This document shows, piece by piece, positions 48,958 to 60,389 of a DNA stretch of 64,000 nucleotides; position 1 is the first letter of the stretch, and each line of letters begins with the position of its first letter. This DNA is from Macrostomum lignano (Eukaryota), in the NCBI GenBank assembly GCA_002269645.1, contig NIVC01000885.1, positions 4,695 to 68,694 of the forward strand. The letters are read 5' to 3'. A program made the position numbers and the translations under genes. Under the pieces are notes generated by a model. It saw only the letters and a list, made by a program, of their open reading frames with translations. It had not been told where the DNA came from and did not search any database.

Positions 48958-49869
48958 AAGGTTGACAGATATTTTTAGATTTCCAAGGCTTATTGGGGGC
49001 ATTGCTGAGATGTCAAGGGGGGGAGTTGATATGTTAAAGCTTGTGGTGGGGAATTACTGACATGTCAAGGCTTACAAGGTTTGACAGGAGATTTTTTAAG
49101 ATTTCAAGGATATATGTAGCTTATTAAAAAAACGTGTAGCGATTGCATTTCTTTGGCTCCCCAACGGGGGGCGTAGATTGCTAGTAGTGTACTACAATCT
49201 CATCTATCATACTACCAAATGAGTCATCTAATTATGTATAGCTCACATCGTATATGTGTACTCAGCAACATCGAAAAGTCGCCATCACAAAACATTCCGT
49301 CTGTGGTCGCCACTTTTGAGAGTGCAGGTAAAGTCTCTCAATCTTTGCGAGTGACGCAACTCAGTTACCCCCGCGGCAGACTTGAGTTGAGGAATGAAGT
49401 GGGGGAGCGGTGTGCGAGGGTTGGACGGATTAAAGCTACCCCGATCAGTTTTCTCGTGTCTTTTATTTCACAATAGTCCAAAAGAAATTGCTCACTGGCG
49501 CATAGAGTGGCCACTTTTCAATGTTGCTGAGTATATATTTCAATGTACATGCAGAGACAAATTTGAATAATACTGGTTGGAGTCTACATCGATACACGAC
49601 GAAATTCCTACGGATTCCTACGACGACGGACCTCCATCGGCGCCTTGGCCTATGTACATGTACATCAGTGGTGTGATTGAGGCGCGAATACGCGATTTCT
49701 GAGGGCAGGCGCGAATTTTCGTCAAGCAGAGGCGCGATTTTTTTTTTTTATTTTCATTGTTAAGATAAAACAACAGACAGATGCAGTGGAGAGTCAGAGA
49801 CAAGAAGGGGGAGTCAGAGAGACAGATGAGGGAGTCAGATAGATACAGGAAGCTAAACTGAAATTCCGA

Positions 49870-50058
49870 GGGGGCCGTAGCCCAGCGGTAGCGCAGCTGC
49901 TCTGGTGTGCCAGCGACCCAGTCTCGATTCCAAGTGCAGTCACATTAATTTGGGGCTGAATTGGAATCTCGGCTTGGCTCTGCTCGTGCAATTAACGGCC
50001 TTGAGAGCCAACCCCCCAAGGCGCAGTGAAGTGTACATGCCTAACGATAAAATAAAGT
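49870..50058 (+). mobile_element. tRNA-derived SINE-like element
   Basis: GGGGCCG-TAGCCCAGCGG (A-box) ... GTCTCGATTCC (B-box-like) head that does not fold into a proper cloverleaf, followed by a body ending in A-rich GATAAAATAAAG. Confidence 0.6.
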
Positions 50059-50334
50059 TAGGGCCGCTGTACACTCCTGTGTGGGTGTGTGCCTGCGTAA
50101 CGTATCCGCGCGCTTGTCATGTATGCCTGCTCAGGGGAGTCGGCGGAATGGGCAGTAATGCCTCTCGCCGGTTGTGTGCCAATGACGCTTAAAGTGCGCC
50201 AGGGTGCACACAACCCCCTGCCTCTAAAAAATCGTGCTTTAAGTACAAGCCTAATAAACAGGATAAACAGGACAAGAGTCAGAGTTAATGAAAGTTAGCG
50301 CGTTACTGGCTTTTCCATCTCGTACTCGTAGAAA

Positions 50335-50625
50335 TGTCTTTTGATTCGGTCATTCGAACCACTGCTGCGTGCTACCACTTGCACGAGCTCTGTACTATGT
50401 GCTATCAGCATCCGAGAAAGGAAATCCGTTGCGAATGCGCAAATTACCGAAAGATGACACTGGCGAAGCGCTGGTAGCAGCTACTGCCTACTGGAACCGG
50501 ATATTGACCCTAAAAATTAAATTACGGGGCCTACATGTGTGAGCTTGCACTTTACGGACGAGGCCTCCTAAAACAAAGCGCTACGGACAAAACATCCGCC
50601 TTTGCTGGGACGCCATCCCGCATCA
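50335..50625 (+). pseudogene. Decayed THAP-domain ORF (P/Kolobok-type transposon remnant)
   Basis: Across frameshifts and stops: HCCVL...KGNPLRMRKLPKDD / LAKRW*QLL / CVSLHFTDE / IRLCWDAIP, which follows the THAP C2CH order with a terminal AVP-like box. Confidence 0.5.
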
Positions 50626-51741
50626 AGAGCTGATGCTGCCTCAGCTCGTTCGAATAGACCCACTACAATCTGTGCAGAGAACTGATGAAGAGGCGGACGA
50701 CATGTAGCCCCCAGTGCTGGAGCCAATTAAAGATCTATCTGCAGCCGAGCCTGCGACTTGCCTGCTGCCAGTGCTGTGGCAGAACAACCTTCAGCTACCA
50801 GGTTCTGCGCCGAGAGCAGGTGTTGCGGCTGAGAGCTCTCACCTCTGCAGCTGATTTGCGGATTCCAAGCGTGGGAGGCAACGATCAAGCGGCTGCAGCA
50901 GCAACTCTCGATGGTTAAGGCAAGTACAGCACTGTCGTGCATCCATGGACTGTGGAAGCGTGACTGGCGCAGCTTCCAGCGGTCGACTTGGCTGCACTCT
51001 GCCATCGGATACATCCTGGACCTTGAAGAGGTGCATTCGCCAGTTTTTTTTCATCTGTTGGGTCGTGCTGAATGCTGCCTCTGAATGCTGCGACTGGCGA
51101 TCCTGTACTTCGACAGCACGCTGCGAAAGTTTCACAAACTGATGACAGTGATGAGCAGATTTTTTTTTGCAAATAAAATCAATACGATTAGGTCGAGGTT
51201 GCGGTCGCCTCTTGAAGGCCTGAAGACTGATGGACTTTTCCTGATACTGTCTGTTTTTATATCTCTGTTTAAACTGATTTATAGCTACAAAAAGGTGTGC
51301 AAATGCTGTTTCGTTTTGACTGTGATATAGCGGCACATATTTGACAATGCAGAATTTACAAAATATTTATTTCAGATACTGCCGCTATATAATGCACATG
51401 TATGATGTTTATTCTCTACAATATACTAGACCAATGAGTAGAAACTTCTTAAGTTGGACACTCTTGGTACGATTGTATTCCAATCACAGCAGAGTCAACT
51501 GGAAATGGCGATTTTCTATGATTGACATGACAAATAATTTCATGGTGTACACGACGATTCTTTTGTTGGACATAAAAAATTTTTATAGCAGCTGCTTTGC
51601 TAATTCAGCTAATTTGCACTTACCTGAGGTAGAGGAACGGCCTCATTTAAATGGCATCTTGCATTTGGCATCCCTCGGATCCACCGCCTGCCAACCCGCA
51701 ACTTTATCCCCTATCGGTGTCGGTGTCGGTGTCGATGTCGG

Positions 51742-52507
51742 TGGGCACCTCGTCCGGACCAAGCGCTTTGCCGCCCGGCGACTGCCGAGCGAACTTCACA
51801 ACGTCGGCTGTGCTGACTGGGGCAACGTTGAAGCTCTCCTCCGCCGGCAACGGCGTCTCCGGCGGCAGCCTCAGATTTTCTGGAAGCGGAGGGGGCGGCG
51901 CGTTGACAATGGCGGCGAAGAACTCGCGCAGCTTGTTCCTGCGCTCATCCGGAGTGTCGCCTGCCAGGTTGAGCGCGATGCGCCGCTTTCGCCCCGTTAG
52001 AGTGTTGATGACGGACCAGGCCACGCGCCCTCTGGCATCGGGCCCTGCGGCAGAGACGGCTTGGATGGCGTCATCGACAGCGGACTGCTGCCGCTGCAGG
52101 TAGACAGCCGCCAGAGCCTCCTCCGCCTCGCGAGTTTGCCGCCCACTCAGACGGAGCCTCTCCAGATCTTCCCTCGCTTCGTCGATCGCGGGGTCGTCCT
52201 GCCAGACCGGCTGCCCGCGCTGGGCCGGTCGCATCAGCGGGACTGCTTGCTCCGCAGCGGCTCGAACTGCAGCGCTCACCTCCGCGTACTCGGCTCCTCC
52301 ACGCTTGTCGCCCAGCGCAGTGACAAAGGCACCGGCAAAGCGACGTCGCGTCTCGGCGTCCCTTAGCGCGCGGTAGTAGCGCCGCGGTGGCCGCTTTGGC
52401 GGACGGTAGAGCGGGTCCCGAAGCCGAAGGTCGCAGATGAGCAGCCGATGGTCGGACCGCAGAGCCAGCGGCGTAATGGTGCGGCAGTTGATGACGCGGC
52501 GGCGCCA
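51742..52507 (-). mobile_element. Non-LTR (RTE-like) retrotransposon internal fragment: end of APE endonuclease plus linker
   Basis: Open frame WRRRVINCR....RSDHRLLICDL...AWSVINTLTGRK...FNVAPVSTADV......GKALGPDEVP. Confidence 0.85.
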
Positions 52508-52856
52508 CTATCCTCAGCAGCCTAGAACTTAATTAAGTCTGAAATAACTACCTAAGCAGTTTTCAGTTTGTCCCTTTGCAGTCTGCATGAATGATCCTTT
52601 CGCCAATCTGCAGTTCCCCTCAGCAGTCTGCAGTTCTCCTCTCGGCGGGCTCCTCAGTATATTTAGCAAACTGAAATAAAGGATCCCTTCAAGAATCTTT
52701 TTTTCTCAGCATTTATTACAGTTCACTAATCAATTTTTGATACATATCGGCAGTTTTTTCCCAATTCAGTCTTATTAAATTTAGCAGCTTAGCAACTTCA
52801 TACTTTCATAGAGCTAGTAGGCAATACCTAAGGCATACACTAATCTGGGCCGAGTG

Positions 52857-54170
52857 CTAATTCAGATTCCTCAGATTGGGGGTTCAGATTCCTCAGATTG
52901 GGGGTTCAGATTCCTCAGATTGGGGGTTCAGATTCCTCAGATTGGGGGTTCAGATTCCTCAGATTGGGGGTTCAGATTCCTCAGATTGGGGGTTCAGATT
53001 CCTCAGATTGGGGGTTCAGATTCCTCAGATTGGGGGTTCAGATTCCTCAGGTTGGGTTCAGATTCCTCTGGTTGGGGGTTCAGATTCCTCTGGTTGGGGG
53101 TTCAGATTCCTCAGGTAGGGTTCAGATTCCTCAGATTGGGGGTTCAGATTCCTCAGATTGGGGGTTCAGATTCCTCTTGTTGGGGGTTCAGATTCCTCAG
53201 ATTGGGGGTTCAGATTCCTCAGGTAGGGTTCAGATTCCTCTGGTTGGGGGTTCAGATTCCTCAGGTTGGGGTTCAGATTCCTCTGGTTGAGGGTTCAGAT
53301 TCCTCAGGTTGGGGTTCAGATTCCTCAGGTTGGGTTCAGATTCCTCAGGTTGGGGGTTCAGATTCCTCAGATTGGGGGTTCAGATTCCTCAGATTGGGGG
53401 TTCAGATTCCTCAGATTGGGGGTTCAGATTCCTCAGATTGGGGGTTCAGATTCCTCAGGTAGGGTTCAGATTCCTCAGATTGGGGGTTCAGATTCCTCAG
53501 ATTGGGGGTTCAGATTCCTCAGATTGGGGGTTCAGATTCCTCAGATTGGGGGTTCAGATTCCTCAGATTGGGGGTTCAGATTCCTCAGGTTGGGTTCAGA
53601 TTCCTCTGGTTGGGGGTTCAGATTCCTCTGGTTGGGGGTTCAGATTCCTCAGGTAGGGTTCAGATTCCTCAGATTGGGGGTTCAGATTCCTCAGATTGGG
53701 GGTTCAGATTCCTCTTGTTGGGGGTTCAGATTCCTCAGATTGGGGGTTCAGATTCCTCAGGTAGGGTTCAGATTCCTCTGGTTGGGGGTTCAGATTCCTC
53801 AGGTTGGGGTTCAGATTCCTCTGGTTGAGGGTTCAGATTCCTCAGGTTGGGGTTCAGATTCCTCAGGTTGGGTTCAGATTCCTCAGGTTGGGGGTTCAGA
53901 TTCCTCAGATTGGGGGTTCAGATTCCTCAGATTGGGGGTTCAGATTCCTCAGATTGGGGGTTCAGATTCCTCAGGTAGGGTTCAGATTCCTCTGGTTGGG
54001 GGTTCAGATTCCTCAGGTTGGGGTTCAGATTCCTCTGGTTGGGGGTTCAGATTCCTCAGGTTGGGGTTCAGATTCCTCAAGTTGGGTTCAGATTCCTCAA
54101 GTTGGGTTCAGATTCCTCAGGTTGGGGTTCAGATTCCTCATGTGGGGGGTCAGATTCCTTTTGTAGGGTT
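52857..54170. repeat. 22-bp minisatellite (TGGGGGTTCAGATTCCTCAGAT)n with an about 538-bp block duplication
   Basis: About 60 units; variant pattern repeats between 53266 and 53804. Confidence 0.97.
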
Positions 54171-54299
54171 CAGTTTCCTCCAGGTCTTACATTCCTCAGA
54201 CGAGGCTAAGATTTTTCAGGTCTTCTGATGTAACAGATTCCTCATCTGACGGGAGCAACAGATTTAAATCTTGATAATTTCGCTGTCAAGTCGGCTCAC

Positions 54300-54533
54300 T
54301 TGGGCGATGTTGGCGGTGTCAACATTATCCGATTCTTCCCCGCTCAGCAGCTGATTCATCGCAGCATCTGCTTCGTCCCCTTCTGCATCATCTGGGACTT
54401 CGGCGTCGCCTGGCTGTGGTGGAGCAGCTTGAAGCCGCTCAATAAGCTCTTGCTTGTTTCCCGAAACCGGTAGGCCATTGTCTCTTAGGGCCGCTCGCAG
54501 TTGGGCTACTGTTAACCGGTCGAGATCAGACAT
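54300..54533 (-). CDS. Exon encoding an N-terminal SAP domain plus acidic linker (78 aa); downstream exons uncertain
   Basis: ATG at 54533; LTVAQLRAALRDNGLPVSGNKQELIERL is a SAP consensus; donor CAA|GTGAGC at 54299; upstream T7AG acceptor and AG|GTGAGT donor near 54659. Confidence 0.7.
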
Positions 54534-54755
54534 GGCGCCAGATGAAAAATCTTAGAGCTAAAAAAATTGAGCTCACGCAGGCAGCCAAAAAATGACAAGT
54601 CGCCTGTACTTCACAAATGCACAGTTGCTCGAATGACCAAATCGCATGACCACACTCACCTAGGCTCACTTTACAGGGCTGCGTCAGCATCTGGGTTCCC
54701 CCAACACTAACCGCGTGCACACGACATTGGTGGGAGGGGCGGGAATCCCTCGCCG

Positions 54756-54975
54756 GATGTACACTCGCTGGAGGCCCACCCTGCTGGATGTACACTCGCT
54801 GGAGGCCCACCCCGCTGGAGGTACACTCGCTGGAGGCCCACCCTGCTGGAGGTACACTCGCTGGACGCCCACCCTGCCGGATGTACACTTGCTGGAGGCC
54901 CACCCCGCTGGAGGTACACCTGGACCCCGCTGGAGGTACACTCACTGGACGCCCACCCCGCTGGAGGTACACCCC
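54756..54975. repeat. 31-bp minisatellite (GGATGTACACTCGCTGGAGGCCCACCCTGCT)n
   Basis: About 7 units. Confidence 0.9.
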
Positions 54976-55352
54976 GGGGGAGGTGGTACACCCCGAGGGA
55001 GCACCTTGCCGCGTCGGTGCTAGAGGCCGACATCAGCCCGACGGACCTTCGCAAAACGACCCTATCTGCCAGTTTATAGTAGTTTTGTCAAAGAGAAAAG
55101 AATTATTATTTTATTTGTTACTTTTAACAGAAATTTTTTTCTCCATTTTTTTCTTCCAGCCGCCTCTGCCGCCGCGTCCGCCCGTGGTGCTCACGAGTCC
55201 TTGTCGTTACTCCTGAAATGTTGGTTTACTAAAAGATTATAAATTCTGTAACATAATATATGATTACATCATAATTGCTATAAGCTAAAGCTGATGTCTT
55301 GCTAATTGGGAGTCTGCTTTTGGGGTTTGTTTGCCTCATAAAAAAAGAAATA

Positions 55353-56704
55353 CTTCGCCTGTCCGGAAAGTCGTGAGAATGTGTCAGTCAAGCAAGAAAG
55401 CAGCAAGCTGATGACATGGCACACATAAAATTTCAATAATAGACTTATATATGTCTATGGTGAAAATTTTTGTTATTCTAGCAGCAAAATTGGGGGCAGG
55501 GGCGAGCTCAGCATAAAGTGCTCAATAACCAATGCAACGCGGTGATCAAGCTTGAAAAATTTAATAGCGAGTTCGTCAAAATGGAAGATTTCCAGGCTTA
55601 TGCCAACGCTAGATACCGTCTTGGAATCTCTGCTATTAGTTGTTATGACGAACTACTTAAAGTTTATGGAGATGCCGCACCAGGTCAGTCAACGGTTTAC
55701 AGATGGTACTCAAAGTTCCGTGATGAAGCATTTCCCCTGGCCTCAGCTCCTCGGACTGGCCGGCCACGGTCAACAAGGACAACGGAACTGATCGAAACCT
55801 GCCGAGCTCTCGTTGAAGAGGATTCAAAAGTTAGTGTCCGAGACCTCGCCGACTTTTTGGAAGTTGGTAAAACAACAGTGCACGAAATTTTGACCGAGGA
55901 TTTGCACCTTCGAAACGTTTCTGCCGTCTGGGTTCCTCATGCTCTATCCGAGGAGAACAAGACTGCTCGCATCAATTGTGCCAAGCAAATCCGCAGGCTT
56001 TTTTACAACGAGGGGGTGGAAAACTTTTGCGACAAGTACGTGGTGGAAGATGAGACGTGGGTGTACCTGAACAACACTGGCACAAAGCAAAACAACAGGT
56101 GCTGGCTTGGCCAAGGAGATCATCGGCCCCAGGTTGTCAGGCACTCGGTCGGGAATGCAAAGACAATGCTTCTGGTTGCTTTCACTCCAAGCAAGCGCTT
56201 CTCCATTAAATCCACAGCCCCGAAGCAAACTGTTGATGCAGATGGCATAGTTGAATTCATTCGGCACACGGGAGACCTATGGCGTACTCTGAGGTCAAAG
56301 CCAATTCACCTGTCGGATGTTCTTTGGCAGTGGGACAATGCGCGACCTCACGTAGCCCGTTCTGTGCAGCAGTACATGGAGTCCCGTGGAGTTCAGCTGG
56401 TGTTTCAGAGTCCCTACAGCCCAGACTTCAATCTGTGCGACCGTTTTTTGTTCAGTTGGATGAAGAATGATCTCTCCAGGCGAGTATTCAGCGACCACAA
56501 TGAAGTTCGAGAAGCTGCGTTGCAGTGGGCAAGAAGCCTTGACGAAGATTGTTTAAAAAGAGAGGTTCAGCGACTCGTTGACCATTGCCAAGCTGTAATC
56601 AATGCAAGGGGAGATTACATTGCCAACTAGTGCTGTTATCGTGTTTTTTGATAGTTCTGACTGGTTTTTTAAATACATTCTCGCGACTTTCCGGACAGCC
56701 GAAG
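55353..56704 (+). mobile_element. Full-length mariner (DD34D) transposon, 1352 bp
   Basis: 30-bp TIRs at 55353-55382 and 56675-56704 (2 mismatches); TA duplications at 55351-55352 and 56705-56706. Confidence 0.97.
55581..56630 (+). CDS. Mariner transposase, 349 aa, uninterrupted
   Basis: First ATG at 55581; HTH region, GRPR, WVPHAL, DETW, WDNARPH and YSPDFNLCD, with 34 residues between the 2nd and 3rd catalytic D. Confidence 0.95.
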   Translation: MEDFQAYANARYRLGISAISCYDELLKVYGDAAPGQSTVYRWYSKFRDEAFPLASAPRTGRPRSTRTTELIETCRALVEEDSKVSVRDLADFLEVGKTTVHEILTEDLHLRNVSAVWVPHALSEENKTARINCAKQIRRLFYNEGVENFCDKYVVEDETWVYLNNTGTKQNNRCWLGQGDHRPQVVRHSVGNAKTMLLVAFTPSKRFSIKSTAPKQTVDADGIVEFIRHTGDLWRTLRSKPIHLSDVLWQWDNARPHVARSVQQYMESRGVQLVFQSPYSPDFNLCDRFLFSWMKNDLSRRVFSDHNEVREAALQWARSLDEDCLKREVQRLVDHCQAVINARGDYIAN

Positions 56705-57292
56705 TACAAACTGAATATGTCAGTTTCAAGGTGCCGGGTTGAATCACTCATAATGACCAATGGGTTTGTATTTTGCGTTTTTTTTCGAAAGTCCGGTACC
56801 CTGAGCCAATCGGAGAGACTGACAAGTATGGACTTTCCGCAAGGCACGCGTTGCCCCCCCCCCTCCCCCAGAGACCTGCGAGAATGCCAGAAAACAACTC
56901 GTAGTTGCACAGCGCGTATTTAAGTTGCGGGTTTACCTTGCGCTTCCGCTTGGCAGCCCGGGCCTCCCTCGCCGGCTGCGTTTGCAGCCGTCGCTTCTCC
57001 TTCTGCGTCAGCGGCGGCGGCGGCGGCGGGGATGTCGGCGGCGGTGGCGGAGATGTCGGCGGCGGTGGCGGAGATGTCGGCGGCGGCGGCGGAGGTGTCG
57101 GCGGATGCGGATCGAGGTGTCGGCAGTGGCGATGTCAGCGGTGGCAGCGGCTCTATCTTCGCCTCTTGCAAAGCTAAAATTGATAGAAAACGTAAGTGAC
57201 TTAGATATTTGAAAAGGCAACCATTGCTAAAAGTGTGCTTTAAAGAATGCTCAGATAAAAAAGCAAGCCGAAAACCGAAGGCAAAGCAAAGC

Positions 57293-57440
57293 AGGGTGGC
57301 TAGGTGGGGAGTTGGGTGGCTAGGTGGGCAGTTGGGTGGCTAGGTGGGCAGTTGGGTGGCTAGGTGGGCAGTTGGGTGGCTAGGTGGGCAGTTGGGTGGC
57401 TAGGTGGGCAGTTGGGTGGCTAGGTGGGGAGTTGGCTAGA
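57293..57440. repeat. 20-bp minisatellite (GTTGGGTGGCTAGGTGGGCA)n
   Basis: About 7 units. Confidence 0.93.
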
Positions 57441-58639
57441 TGTTGGCTAGTTTTTTATTTTTTGTGGGATAATCATTTCTGTTCACAAAATGATTCCAGG
57501 GCTGTCTATTGTCGCGCCAGTCTGCTACTGAGCTGGCAGAAGTTGAGTGGTGCCCCTTGCACCATTTAAGCTGCTGCCAAAATTTGCTGGCCAATACGTG
57601 CCGTAGGAAACATTGTCCAAGAGAAAATGATTTCTACGCAATCTGCAATAGGCCAGGCTGCTTTTGGGGGCAAAATTCATGGTGCGAGGGGCCAGTTGTG
57701 CCAGCTCCAGCGCCAGCTCCCCGCTGTTCCGCTGGCAAGGTGCCGAGCCTTGCCACGCTGGCCAGTCTGGCAACACGCAGCAGCGGCCCGCCGCCACTGC
57801 ACTTGTGCAGTTGTGGTTTGGGAAAGGTCTTGGTCACTGACCTGTAAAAACGTGATCCCTTCTGAACGTTAAAACGGCCCTTTTCAGGGCCACCAAATTC
57901 GTGATTCTTGCGTTTAGTCAACTCTTTTAACTCCGCCATTGCCGGTCCCCAGCCCGGATGAAAAAGGAGGAGGGAAAGAAAATATACACATGCTCACGTT
58001 CGTGTCACTGTTTTTCTGTTTTCTGTTTTGATAAAACTGTCTTGCCATTTTCCACTTGAAATGTTTCATTATGCTTTTTGTCTTTCTTATTATTCAAAAT
58101 CTTTTTAGTTGTTTCTAAATCAGTTTCCATCACAAAATTAAAGTATTATAGTAGTTTAATAATTTATTTGCTTTGTTTCAGCCCATTATACCAAACCACT
58201 GTTTCAGCTGGCCAACTTATTTAGCTCTCTATTTTATGATAACATGTATTCTGTAGTCCTTCAACATTATTTTGGTTCGAGTGCCGCCGCTCTAATCTTG
58301 AGGTGCCAATGTTTAGAGTTCATAGTCCCCAGACTGAGAGTCCCCTTTCACGACAATAAATAATTAGTTAATGATCGGAGGCTGAGCTTTACGGGCATGA
58401 ATTCAAGGTAGTAGAGCACCGGCCGGGTCGCATACACGTAGCCCTAGCAACATTTAAACCGTCACCAATTCGCCACTCAACATGTAGAACCAACTTCGGG
58501 CACTTCCGGCACTGCGAGTTCACTCGATTCAGTTGAAGGGTAGGCAGAGGCAGAGAGCCAGCATTCTGCCTTAAACTGACTGACTGAATTCATTCTCATA
58601 GCATCGCTCTATGCAAATAAGCCTGTCAGCCTCGTCAGC

Positions 58640-59110
58640 TGTTATCAAACCAACAGCTCCGCTGCATTCCGCCGCTCCCCCCAACAGCTCCGCTGCTTTC
58701 CGCCGCTCCCTCAACAGCTCCGCTGCTTTCCGCCGCTCCCCCAACAGCTCCGCTGCTTTCCGCCGCTTCCACCAACAGCTCCGCTGCTTTCCGCCTCTCC
58801 CCCCAACAGCTCCGCTGCTTTCCGCCTCTCCCCCCAACAGCTCCGCTGCTTTCCGCCGCTCCCCCAACAGCTCCGCTGCTTTCCGCCGCTTCCACCAACA
58901 GCTCCGCTGCTTTCCGCCGCTCCCCAACAGCTCCGCTGCTTTCCGCCGCTCCCCCAACAGCTCCGCTGCTTTCCGCTGCTTCCACCAACAGCTCCGCTGC
59001 TTTCCGCCGCCCCAACAGCTCCGCTGCATTCCGCCGCTCCCCCCTAACAGCTCCGCTGCTTTCCGCCGCTCCCCAACAGCTCTGCTGCTTTCCGCGGCTC
59101 CCCCGCATGC
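58640..59110. repeat. About 30-bp minisatellite (CAACAGCTCCGCTGCTTTCCGCCGCTCCCC)n
   Basis: About 15 units. Confidence 0.95.
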
Positions 59111-59739
59111 CTCCATGCCTCCAGATCTAGATTCCTTGATTCTATCCGTGATCCAAAGATCCAACTATACAATATCTCTATCAATCAACACTAAGTTTGC
59201 TGCTCAATCTGCTTTCCATATACCTTGCTTGAGGAGCATATGGATCAGTGAAGTCTAGCCAGTGTCGTTTAGATCGTCAAAAGCAATACAGCATGGCATT
59301 ACAATGTATTTCAAGCGATTCAAACGGCTATTACGCTAGTAGCATTCAACAAGATTGGTTTTGGCGCCACGCAATGTAAAATTTTTGGTACAATGTTACG
59401 TCAGTAGATACGAAGTACTATAATAATTGTAATGCAGAACAGCGGCAGTAGCTAAATAATGACACCGAACTTGAATTTTGCGGTAATATCACACGCAATA
59501 AATAGCATTGACATCGGAAGGCAATAAGTAAAACAGTAATAAGTATAAGCTATTGAATCGCGAGTACGCGATATGCACCATCACAGTTCGCAGCTATATA
59601 GGCAATTTGTTTTGAAGAGAAAATAACAACAAGGCACACCCAGTATTGTTGAGTTAAAAGTAACAGTTCACAATGGGAGGCGGTGTCAGATCAGTTCTCT
59701 CAGTGCGAGCTCTCTAAAGGCGGCAACAGCGTGCGCCTG

Positions 59740-60290
59740 GCCAATCACCCAGCGCCATCCAACAGGCAATCCGCGACGCGACTCGCCCGGCCGTAGCCCC
59801 GGCGCCAGGGGCCCTGCATCGTGAGCAGCAGGACGTCTTGCACTGGTTGAGAACAGTAGGCCTCCGCGTGGATGGTGTGGCCCGCCAGCTGATGTCTTCG
59901 CCTGCGGAGGGTCTCGCTAGGTGATCGCAGCAGTCTGGCAGCGCGGCGTTCTGCAGGACGACTCGGATGGAGCGGAAGGCCGCCCAGGCCAGGCCCTGCG
60001 TCGCGCCAAGTCCTCCTGGACACTGGGCACAAGATCGCCGGGGTACGTGAAGCACGCGCAGCGAGGTAGAGCTGCTGCATGACCGTCGGGTGTCCCAGCA
60101 GGTGATTTTGATAGGCAGCTCCGCAGGTACAGTCATCACCTCCGTCTTCTCGATGTTCACCGCTAGCCCGACCGATGCCGCAGCTGCCACCAACAGGCTG
60201 TCTAGCATGCGCTGAGCTCCCTCAACCGTAGAGGGGGGCAGCGCCAGGTCGTCGGCGTAACCCATGAGTGACAGCCGCAGGTCCTCTGAA
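59740..60290 (-). mobile_element. Non-LTR (RTE-like) RT fragment, decayed
   Basis: GYADDLAL...GLAVNIEKTEVM...LAWAAFRSIRVVL, then in another frame LAGHTI.AEAYC.QPVQDVLLLT.QGP; frameshifts and deletions present. Confidence 0.85.
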
Positions 60291-60389
60291 GACATTCAGA
60301 GGTGCGAGGACATTCTGAAGAGAGAAAAGAAAAATATTATTTTTCACTTCTGAAAAGGATAATTAAATTTTATTAGCAGAGCTACGAGA

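Larger units (their letters stand above)
43193..49184 (+). mobile_element. Non-autonomous Helitron-like element, copy B (full length, about 6 kb)
   Basis: 5' end TCCTATATACTAAAAATGTGATGTC(TA)n; 3' hairpin plus GTAGATTGCTAG|T (CTAG 49181-49184); internal B-box GGTTCGAAT at 43700-43708, satellite and TTAGGG tail. Confidence 0.87.

Noticed and set aside
49870-49942. Functional tRNA gene
   Set aside because: Acceptor and T stems do not pair and the B-box is altered; better explained as a SINE head.
50685-51336. ORFs downstream of the THAP remnant as a transposase core
   Set aside because: No DDE motifs recognisable in any frame.
40808-54228. ORFs in the 23-, 18- and 22-bp arrays (40808-41848, 42616-43205, 52854-54228)
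   Set aside because: Repeat-derived, with no domain signal.
54534-54545. LTR primer-binding site (CA-TC-TGGCGCC) making the SAP ORF a gag
   Set aside because: Only a 7-nt match; no LTR pair, pol or polypurine tract found; splice signals favour a host-type gene.
56920-58560. Minus-strand exon-like pieces (56920-57173, 57634-57939) and a CxxC...C peptide at about 58400-58530
   Set aside because: Splice-like signals exist and 56932 could join phase 1 to the SAP exon, but the frames are ambiguous and I recognise no family. Left unassigned.
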